Shown: one piece after another, positions 23,764 to 38,325 of the stretch | How positions within the stretch are numbered: position 1 is the first letter of the stretch | How the letters are laid out: the number at the start of each line of letters is the position of its first letter | Source of the DNA: Takakia lepidozioides | Lineage: Eukaryota; Plantae; Bryophyta | DNA: 64,000 bases | Assembly: GCA_030704615.1 (NCBI GenBank) | Contig: CM060732.1 | Span: 33,356,001-33,420,000 of the forward strand | Direction of reading: 5' to 3' | The notes under the pieces: model-generated | Told to the model about the DNA's origin: nothing | What the model saw: the letters and a program-made list of their open reading frames with translations, nothing else | The model's database searches: none | Position numbers and translations under genes: made by a program

Positions 23764-26700
23764 TTAATCTTGAAAATCATCGGAATCCTCATCCTGTTCT
23801 AGACTGTCCTGCTCCTCCTCCACCCCCTCAGTGCCTCTCTCATCTCGCGACTGCTCGTTGGCCAGGCTTTCGAAAATCCCATCTTCCCCTTGCGGAACTG
23901 TCCATCTCACCTCCGTTGGGTCGTCTTCCTCCCTGTCTGCGTCGCTCTCATCCGCTGAATCACATATGTACTTTCGTACCCGTCTACCTGTCTGAGCTGC
24001 TGCCAACTCTTTCCTTATCCTTCTGTCCTCCCTAGCCCTCTCCAAAATCTGCTCTACTTTACTGGGATTCTCACTTCTTCTAATCGCTGTATTTGCGAGT
24101 TTAGCTGCATAACTAGGAAGGGAGTAGTCCCTCACCGGGCTCGTCATGAAGTCGGCCCTCGCAAAGAACGGGACATTCTTCCTGGCAGGAAGTGTAGGCC
24201 CTACATGTTTCGACCCGGACCCTGCAATCCTGCACATGACAATCATCAACGAGACTAATGAGAACCACAGTCGGGAAATTCCTTTGACATAAATGACCCA
24301 GAAGGCTTTGCAAACTTACAATGTTTGCACTCACTCGTATTCCGGGTTCTCCTCTGCATCAATGTCCACTGTGTCTTCCTCGGACTCCGACGAATCCGAG
24401 GAGACTTCCGCTCTGTCGGGAGCCTTCACATTCCGTTGCAGCCCCTCCAGATGGGATCCCCACACGGATGAATCCTCCTCGTAGGCAAAGAGGTGCCGGT
24501 CGGAAAACCGCCCAGCCCACATTGAGGCACCTGTTACAATGCCATCCACACATTACCACATGGCGCTTCAGATGTTGCGAACTACATCCTAACGAGAATT
24601 TGCAGAACAGCAGAGATCAAGATTCTGCATACCTGTCCCACAGATGAGGTCCCACTGTGCCCTCCACGTCTGTGCATGTCTCCATAATTGTCTGAATGAA
24701 GGCAGGGCTCCGAGTCCGTGAGTACCGCAGGGGTTCCGTTGAAGTGAGGCTATGAGGGAGAAGTTCCTTGGGAACGTTGTTGAACAGAACGTCGTAATCG
24801 AGTGGGTCGCAGTTCGGGTCAACCTTTCCTCCCTCCTTCCGGAAAGCAAAGGTGGAGTTTCCTTCACAAAGCAGTATGCATCGAACTGCTTCGTCTGCAT
24901 ACACAGGGGGAAAACGATTAGAAACCGAATGCGGCACCGCATTTGAAAGCACCCAAGCAAATGAATGGACGAGTGCCAGTGTCGTAATCACCTTCTTCCC
25001 TTCCGACCGAAGGCCCAGTGTGTTGATGCACGTCCACTTCTTTTTCAGAATCGGGACGGCGCTCTTGCGGGTCCACTTCGCAATTCCTGTCTGAGTGTTT
25101 TTTCCTCTGCTCGCCAGGACAACCACAGCCTCTGTCGTCCAACACCATGCGGGCAAGCCCGAATCCTTTCTTCCAAAAGTCCTCCGAGTACCTGTTCCAA
25201 GATGGCAAAGCTTGCAGTCCTTCCACAGGCTCTCCGTCCGGAATATCCAAGATGATCATATCGCAAGACCACTCGGTGGCATTTCCGCCCCTCCTACAAT
25301 CCTTGTCTGCACACACCCTCTCAAAGAACGAGACCATATTCTGAAATCCTGGGGTGTCGGAAGGCTCTTCGGCAGTCGCCTTCTTCAGTGCTCTGCCCTT
25401 CAGACCCTCCATGGTCTTCATGTATGCCAACTTGGCTGCCCGTCCATCCAAAGCCGCCAAGAAACTCTCATTTACACACTGGACTACAGTTTCGGGAGCC
25501 ACTTTCGGCCTCTTCATTTCCACCGGCTCGAAAGGGTGCCCCCCTGGGGGGTTGAAGAGTGCCTTCTTTGCCGAGCCAGTTCTCGTGCCTCTCGTGACAA
25601 CGGTGGGCACAGGGGAGGCAGCCTGCGTTTGGGGGGGTGGGCTGGTTGCAAAGTCTCCATCGGAGTCCCTCTTCCTCACCCTCTTCCTGAACAGGCTGTT
25701 TCTGCTTTCTTCGTTTTGGCGGGTGTCACAACAGCTGCTCCTTGCTGGCGAGTCCTCTTCTTCGACCCCTTCTGTTGGGCCTGCACAGCTGCATCCACCG
25801 TCTTTTGTGCCATCTCAGCTGCCTTTCTGGATTCTTCCAGAGCAGCAGATTCCTTTGCCGACTTTGGCCCAGCAGGGACACGTCTTTCCTTTCTCTTCTC
25901 TTCTGCCAAGGCGTGCAGATCTTTCTCAGACTCGTCAACAATACCGCCAGACATGTCCAGGTACCACGGGCATCCAACGAGATGCGCGGGATGCCATTGT
26001 TTCTGCATCTCGGGTGTGTAGACACAGCTTGGGCCCGCCACGGTCCAAGCCATGAAGAACGGGGGCTCTTGAGCCAGGGCCCCTGTCTGAAGGAGCACGT
26101 ATTTCATATACCTGCAAGGCAGTCAGCATGCGTGAGCAAAATTGAGACCAACCTACTGCAGAGTGCCACCGAAAACATAAAATGCGAATGCGGTGCCGCA
26201 TTTCCGAGACAAACCTCGTAACCAGGCTTCGCATACAAGGGCAGCTGTGCTTCACCTGTAAACAATTCGCATTGCAGCTTTCCCCGCTCCCTCCTGATGT
26301 GTAAACTCCACGCTCCTTCTTGCTGTCTGTAGCTCTCTGGCGAAAAGGTTGTCCTTGTACGCACATCTGAAACGTGTCACGTAGTCTTCCAATGTCTGTG
26401 TTCCCATCCCATTTGACGTACAAGCCGAACGAATTTGTGTGCATTACGACTTGCTCCTTCGCATTCGACATTACCTGCCATTCCCAAATGCATTGTCACG
26501 TAGCAGTTCAGGGAATTCATGTCAGAAAAGCAAATCTGGGGAAGTACCTTGAATTACCTGGAACCACCAAGTCATACGGTTGAGCCACACATCCACTGCA
26601 GGGTCGGAAACTTCCAGTGGAAAAGACCACATTGTCCTTATGCTCTCGGATGCATTCCAGATCGACAGCCACCGTGTCTGCCATTTCCGATCCAATGTCA

Positions 26701-28866
26701 GGGCTGGAAGAGAGTGGCTATTGCTAGGAAGGAAATTCAGTGCATTGAAACCTCACCTTCTCTTTCGCCTCCACACATGCCGTTGAGAGGTGATGCAGTT
26801 TCTCCAATTGCATGGTCGGCTGCATGGCCCGAGAATAGTGTTTTGCAATCTCGGGGATGAAGTCCTTTCCAAGTGCCGGATCTGCAATTGCCACCAGCTT
26901 CACAAGCTTTGACTTGTATTTGGTTCTGGACTTGACACCGGCTTCCTTCAAGTGCTCAGTCAATGACTGCAACGTTTTGACCTGCCCCTCACTTTCCATG
27001 AAGAAGCGTTTGGCATGGGCCAAATCCAGCTTGATGTTTGACTGCCAACAAAACATGCAGAAGCGTTACATTCGATTCATGTGGAAACATTACTGGAAAT
27101 TGGGGAAGGATGAGCAGAGGGAAATTGGAGCACGACTTACTTCGTATATCACCTCCACCATTCCATCCATAGTGAGACGATACCATGTCCGGTTGTTTTT
27201 GCAACGGCTTTCTGAATGAGCTCCGGCTCCAGCATTTCCGCAAACATCTGCGGATCAGAGACCAGTTTTCCTCACCCTGTACAGCATATGTGCCATGTGG
27301 GTATGCACGTACGCATTCTCAGTGACCCTGCAAGGCACACTCTCCAGTTCAGTACACGGAAGCACGGAATCAAACCAGAATGGAAACCGAAATGCGGCAC
27401 CGCATTTCGAGTGCTAGGGAGGGTATGAGTATCTTACGAGTTGAGGTCCGCCATGGCATTCTTGAGCAGGGGAGTCTGCCGCCTTCACCTTGAGGATGAC
27501 ACACTCCACCATGTAATGCCAGCCAATGTGCTTGGCATGGTTCTGCTTGATGTACTCCCACCAGGCGAGAAGTCGGTGATTCCCGTCCCACACAAAGAAC
27601 ATTTTTCCCGACATATGGCCGAAGTCGGATCACCCTTCAGCGTCGCCTCGAATTCGTGGTTGCGAGTGTGCCAGTGGGTATCCCACGTTGACAATTCATC
27701 GGCAGTGGGTCCACGGGTTTCGCCGTCCTCATTCTCTATGGAAACGTAAAACGCTGCCGATCCCAGACGGTACCCTTCTCGAAATGCGAACTTGAGCTTA
27801 TCCACATCTCCGGGAAGGGCCTGCCTGACGATGGGAAGGGAGACCATGCGACAGAGTGGGATTCGAAGAGTCCGCTGGAATACCCTGCTGCCCAGAACTC
27901 TGCCAATGCTACTGTGTGTCTCCTCCAACATTTTATCCGCTGCACTTTTGAAATCCTCCGGAGACATGTCTGTAGGTGCCGGTAGTGGCTGAGCAGCTGG
28001 AGCATCCTCAACTGGAGCTGCACTCTGGGGCCTGTGTGCGGGCAATTCTGCCATTGCAGAGGCCTCCTCCGGGCCTGCTAGCTCATCGGTGGTGAGGTCT
28101 GCCTGCGAACGTTCAGCGGCAGCACCCTCCTCCGGTACCAAATCGAGATCGGTCGATCCCATTGCCTTCGCTGCAGCAGAGTCGGCCCCAACATCTGCAG
28201 GCGGGAAATCCTCCAGGAACTGAGCTTCAGCTCGTGGAAGCGGTTTTGCGGGAGATTGTTCGGCCGTCGCCCTGATTGCCTTCTGCTTCCTCATCCTTGC
28301 AGGTGAAGGTGTCTGCAATAGAATCTGTCTTCTACCCTGCTGCTTCATTCGCGTTGGGGGGGTGAATCGGCCTGAGCCGGTTCAGAAGCCAGTAGAGGGA
28401 CGGGCTGCTTCTTCTTCGACTTTGCTGGAGAAGGGCCCGACCCCTGCTGGCGATTCTCCATGATCGAAGAACGCGAGTCGATCTCTGAGACTTTGAACTT
28501 GCCCTTCGAAGACGCGTCTTTGAATCGCAGAGGGCTAGGCCCGGCAGGAATACCCGCGCTCGGGGATCGGGTGGGTGTACGTGCTGCAGCTAGCTCCTCG
28601 GACTCTTCCTGCGGCTCTTCGGATTCCTGCGATCCCTCCAGCACGTCCACCTTTCCTGTTAGGCATGCAAACATGTTCTGCATTCAAGTCTCCTAGCATT
28701 CAGTCTCTAAGAATTACAGAAGCAAAATGGGGGGTTCGGTGCTCGATCAGCTGCGCGCAGCCCGATCGCATGGAGCTCTCACTGGTGGCTGGGTTGCCTG
28801 AGTGGCCTGCTGCTCGGAGATGGCAATCTCCTCCTGTAGACGCATCTGCTTCCTCCCCTTCGGCAT
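23764..28866 (-). CDS. ParB-like/amino-MTase-like gene, copy 2 (frameshifted in this assembly)
   Basis: Same exons as copy 1 (DGNHRLLA ~27575, DIPDG ~25240, DLICGTG ~24640). Lacks the copy 1 stop and has an extra ~520-bp segment (~27972-28491). Confidence 0.7.
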
Positions 28867-29289
28867 TGGCCTACGTCCGAAGTATAATTTCCGGAGCTTG
28901 CGACGAGGTCTCCTGTCTGGTGCACGAACTCCCCCCCTCTCAGGTTCGAGCATAAGAAGAACAGAGAGGGAAAAGGGGCAAAGAGTGCAGATGGAAAGGG
29001 CGCGAGAGGGGTGACTGAGGAGACACGACAAAAGTAGATGAAACGGCGGTGATGCACCACTTGGGTTCGAAGGGTTGGACGAAAGTGTCTCCTCGTGGAG
29101 TTTGCGTCATTACGAAATTCGAATCGTTGAGGGTACGCCTGCCGTCCGAAAATCAAACATCATTATCCAACGGTCAGGCCGCGCCGCCTCATGCCCCTTC
29201 AGTCAGATAGAGTGCCGACATGTGCAGCAATTCCGTTGCTCCACGTGTTCACATTTCAAGGCATTTCCGTCCCAGCGTCTGATGAGTTG

Positions 29290-30810
29290 GAGCGAAATGC
29301 GAATGCGGCGCCGCATTTCCGTTAAGTACCATCACGAAGCTACACATCCGTACTTGTTGGAAGAAAATGCGGCACCGCATTTCCGTTCCACCTTCACATA
29401 CCTTAGTTGTTGAACGGAAATACGGTGCCGCATTTCCGTCCCACAGCTCCATGTATGAGATTCAGAAGGGAAATGCGGCGCCGCATTTCCGTTCCCACTT
29501 CACATACGTTAGTTGATGAATGGAAATGCCGTGCCACATTTCCGTTCGGGAAAGTATAGAGGTCTCACCTGGACAGAAATGCGGTGTCGCATTTCCGGTC
29601 TGGAAAGGTTGAAGGTCTCACATGGATGGAAATGCGGCAACACATTTCCGTAGCACAGCTCCAGGCCGAATATACAAAACGGAAATGCGGCGCCGCATTT
29701 CCGTTCGAGAATGTCGGAAGGTGCGACTCGAACGGAAATGCGGTGCCGCATTTCTGTACCCGTTGCGCACGATTTTCAGTCAGAATGGAAATGCGTACCG
29801 CATTTCCGTTCTGTAGAGTATTAACGTCTGACGCTGGCGGAAATGCCTTCCCGCATTTTCGTTCCACAGCTCCATGCCTCACATACAAAACGGAAATGCG
29901 GTGCCGCATTTCCGTTTTGGAAGTCGGATGGTGGGACTCCGACGGAAATGCGGTACCGCATTTCAATTCCGATGTTTCAGGATATTTCATCAGAACGGAA
30001 ATGCGGTGCCGCATTTCCCTTTTAATCTAATACATGTTCTGGAATGTTGGGAGGTGCGACTCGGATGGAAATGCGCTGCCGCATTTCAGTTCCGATGGTT
30101 CACGATTTTCAGTCAGAACGGAAATGCGGCCGCATTTCCGTTCTGGAATGATGGTAGGTGCGACTCGGATGGAAATACGGTGCCGCATTTCAGTTCAGAT
30201 GTTCACGATTTTCAGTCAGAACGGAAATGCGGTGCCGCATTTCCGTTCTGGATAGTGTGAATGTCTCAACCGGTCGGAATTGCGCTGTATGCTGTCGGAA
30301 TCTTACTCGCTCCAGGCATCAGATACAAAATGGAAATGCGGCGCCGCATTTCCTTGGAATGTCGAAAAGTGCGACTTTGACGGAAATGCACCGCATTTCT
30401 GTTCCCCTTCATAGAATGAAATGCGGTACCGCATTTCCGTTCTGAGAGTATGAATGTCTTTTAAGGACGGAAATGTGCTGCAGCATTTCTATCCCTCAGC
30501 TCCATGCATCAGATACAAAATGGAAATGCGGCGCCGCATTCCCGTTCTGGAATGTCGAAAAGTGCGACTCGGACGGAAATGCGGTGCCGCATTTCTGTTC
30601 CCGTTGTTCAAAATCTCAATCAGAACGGAAATGCGGTACCGCATTTCCGTTCCACCTTCACATACCGTGCTTGCTGGATGGAAATGCGTTACCGCATTTC
30701 CGTTCTGGAGAGTATAAAGGTTTCCCCCGGACGGAAACTCGGCCGCATTTCCGTCGCTCTGTTGCATGACCAAGATGCAATACGGAAATGCGGCGCCGTA
30801 TTTCCGTCCA
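29290..30810. repeat. Family A palindrome array, copy 2 (different unit number and arrangement from copy 1)
   Basis: Repeated GGAAATGCGGYRCCGCATTTCC at mostly ~53-bp spacing. Confidence 0.9.
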
Positions 30811-31228
30811 CCAGCAATCGACAGAATCACTCGGACGGGAAATCTGGAACCTCAATGGGTTGCATTGTTCCGAAACAACACAATTGCGGCCAGTCTTGAT
30901 GAGCACAACTTGGTTGTCTGACCGTTTTAACCAGCAGTCCTGGCACTTGTCAGTGCGAACGTTCCTGTCTGCACCGAGAATACTGCTGGATCCACCCAGA
31001 AACTGTCAGGAGATGTTATTTCGTCGCCGAATCGGCCATCATTGTCCTACTCACTGGCTATGGAATCAAACCTCCCACCTTCATGCATGTAGCTTGAAAC
31101 AATACTTTCCACTTCAATGTGCGACTTCCAATCGTCGATGGACTCCGCAGATCCACTTAGATGGTGCCTGTGAGCCTTGGTCTGTCGCTATACTGAACCT
31201 CGCACTTGCCAACTCCGTGCGGTGTTCG

Positions 31229-34200
31229 ATGGCTCCGAATTCCTACGCTATAGTTTGCTGTCCTCCGCAACTTGGGAGAGCCTGGATCCCAAACGAGGGA
31301 GGACTTTGCAGAGTGACTGAAACTTACCTTTGTTCCAAATTCAAGCTCAAACCGGGCACAGTTTATTTGGAAGAAGAAAGGAAGGATGTTCCTGGACAGG
31401 TTGACGAGACCATTGTCGTGCTAGGTAACGACGGAGGTTGCGGAATCGAATGGCACGTTCCCCCGTCAGACACCATCCTGTACCGAGCTGTGGGAATGCC
31501 CATTCCCTTTCCGAATCAGTCGCTGCCCACACCATCCACAAAGGAGTCCGGAACCGAGAGGCGGCCCACTGCCAACAGAGAGGTATGCAACGATAATCAT
31601 TCCCGACCTGGACCGTCAAGACCCTCCATAGCTTCTCGTGTGGACGTATTCGACATTTCCGACGAGGAAGATGATTGCATTGAGGTACCCATGTCCTCCA
31701 CACGGTCGTTCAAATCCGGCATGGACGTCTCTGTAGGTGCTACGCATGTGCCCTCGAGCATAACTCCAACCCGGTCCATTGTGCAGCTCCTACGACAACA
31801 TCACCTCGATGGTTCTCGCTCCGAGCTGGCTGCTCTCGACTATGCCAAATTCCCAGTCAGAAAGGTAACTTTTCTGCCTCCCGAAGTCGATGGCAATGTC
31901 ATCTTCGAGTTTCCACCTGTTTCTTCGTCAAAGAAAGCCTCCGGGATGTTAACAGACATGGATCGAAAGCATGACGGACACCCCTGGTGTGTGACGAAGA
32001 CCAGTAGCACGAAAATTGCTGATGGTGTTCGTGTACGATATGTCCTCTGTGCGGGGAAGCTGAGGTGCCTCAATCCCACCTGCTTCCACTTTCTCTCCAA
32101 AGGAGGGCGGAGAAACGAGACGGATTGGACTGGCACAACGCATCATCCATTCATTGTCTCCAGCCAAGCTCCTGCGGGTTCTTTCAAGTGTGCACATTGC
32201 AAAGAACCACCGACGTGCATGTCCATGTGCAGAGCCAAGCAATATTACGTAATCCATTTGCTCCCGACTTGACTAGAGCTTGCATACACGTTGGGGTCCA
32301 CTGCCACCCCTTGGCGAGAGGCAACATGCGTGAGGCTGTGCAGGAAGCACACGACATCATAAAAGAGGAGGTGAAATTGAGCCCCGGAGCCAGACCAAAG
32401 CAGATTCAGCTGAAGGCAGCCCACAAGATTGCTCTTGGCAAAATCATGTCTGAAGATGGTTCCGACCGAGAGCCCTTGACCGAAGACGAGATGCGTGACC
32501 TCTTGGAGTCCGTCTCGCACGTTTGTAGTCCGAATGTGCGGAATCACATCGTATCTTGCAAGCAGGAGTTCGGCAGGGGTCGGACATGTACTCAATCCTG
32601 GAGGTGAAACGAATGACTGGATGATACTACATCCAAGGTAGCAGGTTTCCAGGGCAAGGCAGCGAATCCGATCGTTGTTACATTTTCAAAATGTCGACGT
32701 GTGGGCCTGGGAGTGGAGTCGACTTGGTCACTCGCATGACAACTGGAAACTTGTCGAATGCTTGGGTGATGTTTGATCACATCAAGCGAATTACAAACCA
32801 TCAGTGGGTGACTATGGGTGCGCATGTTTATGACTATCACTCCAAGAGGCTCATGACGATTGCAATCTGCGAGATGAAAGGGGAGGACACACAGTCCGAG
32901 ATGCATCTGTGGGAGGGCATAAACGAGCAGATGGCAAGGGCGGGATTGCCAGAGCCCAATTTCAGGGGATTCATGGCAGACAACGCTCAGGCCAACTGGG
33001 CAGCGGTGCGGCGTGTGTACGGTGAGGACCCCAATGTTCCAATGGAGGGGAAAGAGAGATCCTGTGGATTCCATTGGATGCAGAGTCTATCCCACTACAC
33101 TACCAAATTTTTTGCTAGCTCATTCCAGGCTGAACACCGTGTCCTTTGTACGGCGTGGAAGGATGCACCCACATTTGATGACGCGGAGGTTAAGTTTGCT
33201 ATCATCGAGGCTTGGTGGAACACGTCAGGTGCAGTGGAGACAACCAATCTGGGAGCATTGCACAGCTGGTTGGGGTGGTGGCATTTTCGGTATCGACAGT
33301 TCGGACAGTACATGCGGGAGGTAGGCTGCTGTCAATTTCGTTCATTTGTCTTTCTGTTACGGACATTTCGATTGGTCCCTCACCGTTGTTTGTGTCCTTC
33401 TAGGAGCGGTGCTTGGATTCCGACACGGACATGCCGAACACGAATATGGCAGAATCGGTCCACTCCTCCTGGCGAGCGTCTTCTGCCGCACATCTGGTGG
33501 ACGTAGTGACGGCCACAACGGAGGACATCGACAGAGCAATCATGCAGCAAGCCACGTACTACAAGTTCCTGAGCGGCAAACAATGGGGCTTTGGGCCGGA
33601 CAGGGAGGAATTGTTGGTACGAACAGCTTCGAGGTCCAAGAATCCAGTGAAATGGGCGACAGCATTGCGAGAGAAGATCAAAGGGACGCCTCTGCACCGC
33701 AGAGGTGAACACCTAGAGGGGGACGTCCGGACTCGCCCTGTCAGGCGGAGGATTGAAGAGGAACCCGGGTGCGAAGAGGATTCCTGGAGATCCGACAGGA
33801 ACATTCGGACAGCACCTCGAGGTCCCGTCATGTTGCCGCACAATGTGTCTTCCAGCAGTGGAAGCCCAAGAAATTCCAGATCGCCGTCGCCTTCAACCGG
33901 GGATTTCGTGCAACAAATTCCCACCGCTCCCTTGCCCCACATTCCGCCCGCTGTTATGCAGTATGGCCAAGCCATTGTGGAGACGACTGTGTCTGCCTCA
34001 CAGTGGAGAATTGCTCGCACAAAGCCGTCGTTTCGAGGAAGGTGTTCCGCAATTCGTGTGGATACACGGCAACGTTGTTTAGAGATGATAAGGAGGAATC
34101 CAGATGGGGCTGTCCCTGCTCCTACTTTTACAGGAAGATTTGTCCATGCAAAGTTTGCGGAGGCGACAACCACCCAGTTCTGGTTCTGCAGGCACGACAT

Positions 34201-34873
34201 TATGACTTGCGTGTATGGAAAGCCCAAGTACGGCATACAGACAATGCCAGAGGCTCCCCGGTGTGGCCGGTGGAACCAGGCTGCGATCTGAGTCAGGTTG
34301 AGGCCGACGCCCTTACCGCCGCAGGATTTCGGATGGTGCAGCGCACTGACGTCCCAGACAACCATTTCCGCTTCCACAGCCTCCACCACCGACCCCTGTG
34401 AGAGCAAGAACAATGGGACACACAGCTCTAAGCATCCTACACACCGTTGGGGAAACCGAAGAGGCGGCGACCCCTCAAAAGTGAACGAGACAAGGATGGG
34501 AATGCACTTCGGATGAACTGTACAATCCAGAGCTCGACAGAAGTGCCCCCACCAGGATTCGGGCGTGTATCAGATGGCCACGGCGGGCTCAGCTGTTCGC
34601 AATGAGGTGTACACCATCACCATTTCAGAATTACCCCCACCTGCAATTGCACCGACTTCCAGATCATGGCGAACAAGGGGGCATCATACTGCCCTTGCAA
34701 GCATTTGTACTACGTGTACCTAAAGAGACTCCGTTGTAATTCCACAACTCATCACTTCATACATGCACCAGGGTTGAGCCCCCAGGTTCACACTCTTCTG
34801 AATATGGATCCAGGGGACCAGTGAGCTTGGCTTGCGGTCCACATACAATGGTACGCCCATCCTTTTCGGATAG
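31229..34873 (+). CDS. MULE transposase, copy 2
   Basis: MAPNSY...; DGHPW; VMFDH; FMADNAQANWAAV; CGFHW; NMAESVH; SWIM CNC...CPCKH. Confidence 0.85.
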
Positions 34874-36488
34874 TAGAACTGTACTGCTGCCAGTACCTCA
34901 GACTCTGGCCACAGAAAGGTCCGACATATGTCTTGCCTACCAGTAACCTGTTTTGATCGAACTAAGATATTACTATATCGTTCACTTGTTTCCACGTGCA
35001 TGTATTTTTATGTTGGAGGGTTCATGTTTTTCTGCTTTCCGAAAACTTGCTCTCCTCATTCGACCTCCGACAAGGAAATGCGGCGCGAATTTCCAAGTAT
35101 CGTCGTAGGTACCCCCAGAGCGGCCTTCGCCAACACCAAACCGCTCCGAAATTTCGCACGTGCGAACCCTAATGCGGCACCCTATTTCCCAGTTCAGTTG
35201 CAAACTTTCCCGCCGAATACCCGAAAGACAGAATTGTGAAGTACTGCAGACTGTATTGGTGCAGACTCCATTGGTTCAATCGCGGCAAAGGGTCAGCTTC
35301 ATTCCAATGTTAAGGCATGTAAAACCGCGGAATACTCTATACAGGCCAGTATGCGACGTCCTTTTGCAGTGGTATACTGGATTTCCCGTTGCACGGTCAC
35401 TTATTTCCATGAGCGGATCTATAAAACCATGAGCGGACTTGTTACTGACGACATATCTTCGCCGCATTACATGATCTGGAACGTCCAAAAACGGCAAAGG
35501 TCAATAAAAAACTATTATTTTTAATACTTGTTTAATCTGCCGCATTTCCAAATTTGGAGGAGTCCGCTCATGAAATCCGTATCTTAGACTTCGGCTCACC
35601 GCTCATGCGGCTCATGCGGCTCATGGCTCATGGCTCATGGTTTCTGCTCATGAAATAGTAAACCTCCCAACAATGTCTCTTACGCCGCTCGGCACCATAC
35701 ACACCCACTAGGGGAGGGGTGGCACTAGGTATTCTTCGTACACATCACTCTCCCAGTACCACCACAAAAATAACTGTACCCATCCCTCTCCGATCTCACC
35801 TCCAAATTATCCAACTACATCCCCCAACAGTGTGCCCTATCACCCTCATACATCTATATATGTCATCACATATAGATGACCTACCCCTAATACCAGACAT
35901 ACTAAACACTATCTCTCTAACTACCACCCACCCAGATAACCGACATCATCATATTATACCGGCAGGGGACTTTAACAGAGACATTTCTTTGCTCGGCCAC
36001 TCACATAATGGTACCCACAAACCCCCCATCCTCAATGGACCATGAATGGGCCCAATTCACCCAGCACTTGCAATTCTAATACATCCCTGCGGACTTACCA
36101 CTCCAGTCAAGGTGGCCTTAACTACTCCTCCTTAAGCCTCCTGGATGGATTCTACCTCAACCTGCAACGAAACCCCGACATACCTTCTTAGTCACGTTCA
36201 CATCGATAGTCTATGCAACTCGGACCACTACCCGGTCTCAGTCTCCCTCCCATCCTCCCTTATTCCCTTCCGTCCCATCCCCGATGTACATCCCCCCCCC
36301 CCAGCCGAGAATTCTCTCACCCATACCTCACTCTAACATTCAAGCATTCCTAAAACATTTCCACCACCCAGTCTCCGCACACTCCATACATAAAACTATC
36401 CCACATACTCTCCGATACCAACCTCCATGTCTCCCCCAATGCTGCATGGATTGAAGCCGAGGTCACACTCACATCTACTATACAAGAA

Positions 36489-38325
36489 ATGACTAAAAGT
36501 GTATTAGCCACGTGCTCTGCCCTTCATGACCTCCCCCAAACCGCATGCTCAAAACTAAACGGGGGGTACCACACTAGGACCCAGAAACGTCAATGGACCT
36601 CGTATCTCAATATCTACCATACCGTCCGCCGGGCTCTTACTGTCATACCCCTCTCCCCGTCCCCACTATATAATAACTGGAGATCTGACCCCCGCATCAC
36701 ATGCCTAAACACGTTACCTATATGTCACCCCCTTATGCCTCCACATTTAGACTCATCCGTTCTCCCACAATGGACCGCCTCCCTTTCCAAACTCGGCCTA
36801 GAAGCAAAGATAGCTGCCTATCTTATCACAAAACAAAAAGCCACCGCTAAGCACAAAAAAATTATCGCCTCTTTTGGCCAACTCCTACACGAACACCCTA
36901 GACGAGCCCATAAAGCCATCTTCAACCCGGCAATCAATCCCCCCATCGACTGCCTTAAACACAAGTTTGGCCACATGGTAACCAAACCTGCTGACATCCA
37001 AAAAGAAATCTGGCTCCAGGCCTCATCCTCCTATACACCCACTGTAGTCAACTGCTTACATCCTATTCAACACACACCCGACTGCCTCTGTAAAGTCAAA
37101 CACTACCCATGGCACGATCTAGACGGCTTCTCACTGGACAGACGTGGTTCCCCCACTGACCGTATTCTTGATTTCTTCACTATGGACATATTCGCCTCCT
37201 GTCTAAAAGCACTCTCCGAAGCAAAGGCCCCGGGCCCGGACCTCATCCCCAATGCCATCCTACAAGCACTTGATCCCCAATTCCACGCTCTCATATTTAA
37301 ATTCTTTCGACTTTTCTATCAACTACACCGTATTCCACACTCATGGAAGCATAGCCGGACCATTCTGCTCTTAAAAAAAGGCGACCCCACGGACCTTGGT
37401 AACTATCGGCCCATAGCCCTCGCAAACACTATCTACAAACTTTTCACCAGTACTCTACCCACAATGTTAGCTTCCTATGGCGAACAACATCATATACTTA
37501 GTGACCCCCAAGAGGGCTTCCGTGCAACTCGGAGCACTACCAGACAAATCCAATACGTTATATCTGCCCTAGAAGACGCAAAACTTACTAAACAAGATAT
37601 CGTTCTCCTCTATATTGATTTCAAAAATGCTTTCGGATCCCTAGACCACCCCCGCCTGTTGGCCATAATGGCAGACCTCGGATACCCTATAGATGCTATT
37701 CAACTTATTGGCAACATTTACACAAACAGTACCACCGAATACTCCGGATCATACTATGGCTCCACCCCCCCTATCCCTATATATACGCGCGTACCATTCA
37801 AGGGGACACACTGAGCCCATACCTCTTTATCATCTTCCTTGAACCCTTGTTACGCTGGCTTGCCCGGGGTAACCTCGGATACCAATACAAAACATCTTCT
37901 AGCGAAATTTCCGCAGCAGCTTACGCTGACGACCTTGCCATTCTTGCACACAAACCCCAACATCTCAACCAACATGTGGTCAAACTATCTCGCTTCAACC
38001 AATGGGCAGGTATGGAGCTAAGCCTCCACAAATGCGCGGTCACTGCTGCCACACACCAAAGTAAATTCACAAAATCCACGATCGCATCACACTGTAATCT
38101 CCACATACATTACCAACAAAAACCCTTTCCCCTCCTAGGCCTGGATGAGCCCTATACTTATCTAGGCATAAAACTGGTTCCTTCTCTCACTTGGCATATA
38201 CAAAAAAGCACCACACTTTCCAAATTAGCCAGCAAAAGCACAGCCCTACTCAAATCCCTGGTCTCCATCCGCCCCAAACTAGCTATCATCCAAACAGTCC
38301 TAACTCCACAAATCCAATACTCTTG
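36489..38325 (+). pseudogene. LINE reverse transcriptase (frameshifted, truncated)
   Basis: KAPGPD, LLKKGDPTDLGNYRPIALANTIYK, QEGFR, YIDFKNAFGSLDH, QGDTLSP, YADDL, YTYLGI. Confidence 0.9.

Larger units (their letters stand above)
21222..35666 (+). mobile_element. MULE family A copy 2 (~14.45 kb)
   Basis: Ends GGGGGCTGCTATTTCATGAGC and GCTCATGAAATAGTAAACCTC. TSD CCAACAAT (21214-21221, 35667-35674; 9 bp if the first G is included). Colinear with copy 1. Confidence 0.9.
19582..38325 (+). mobile_element. APE-type non-LTR retrotransposon (LINE), degraded, split by MULE-A copy 2 and 3'-truncated
   Basis: APE motifs TITSWNV (~21020) and ETKL (~21120), resuming after the MULE with GGVA, AGDFN, LDGF and SDHYPV (35715-36235); RT domain at 37200-38300; strongly C/A-skewed plus strand. 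Confidence 0.85.
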
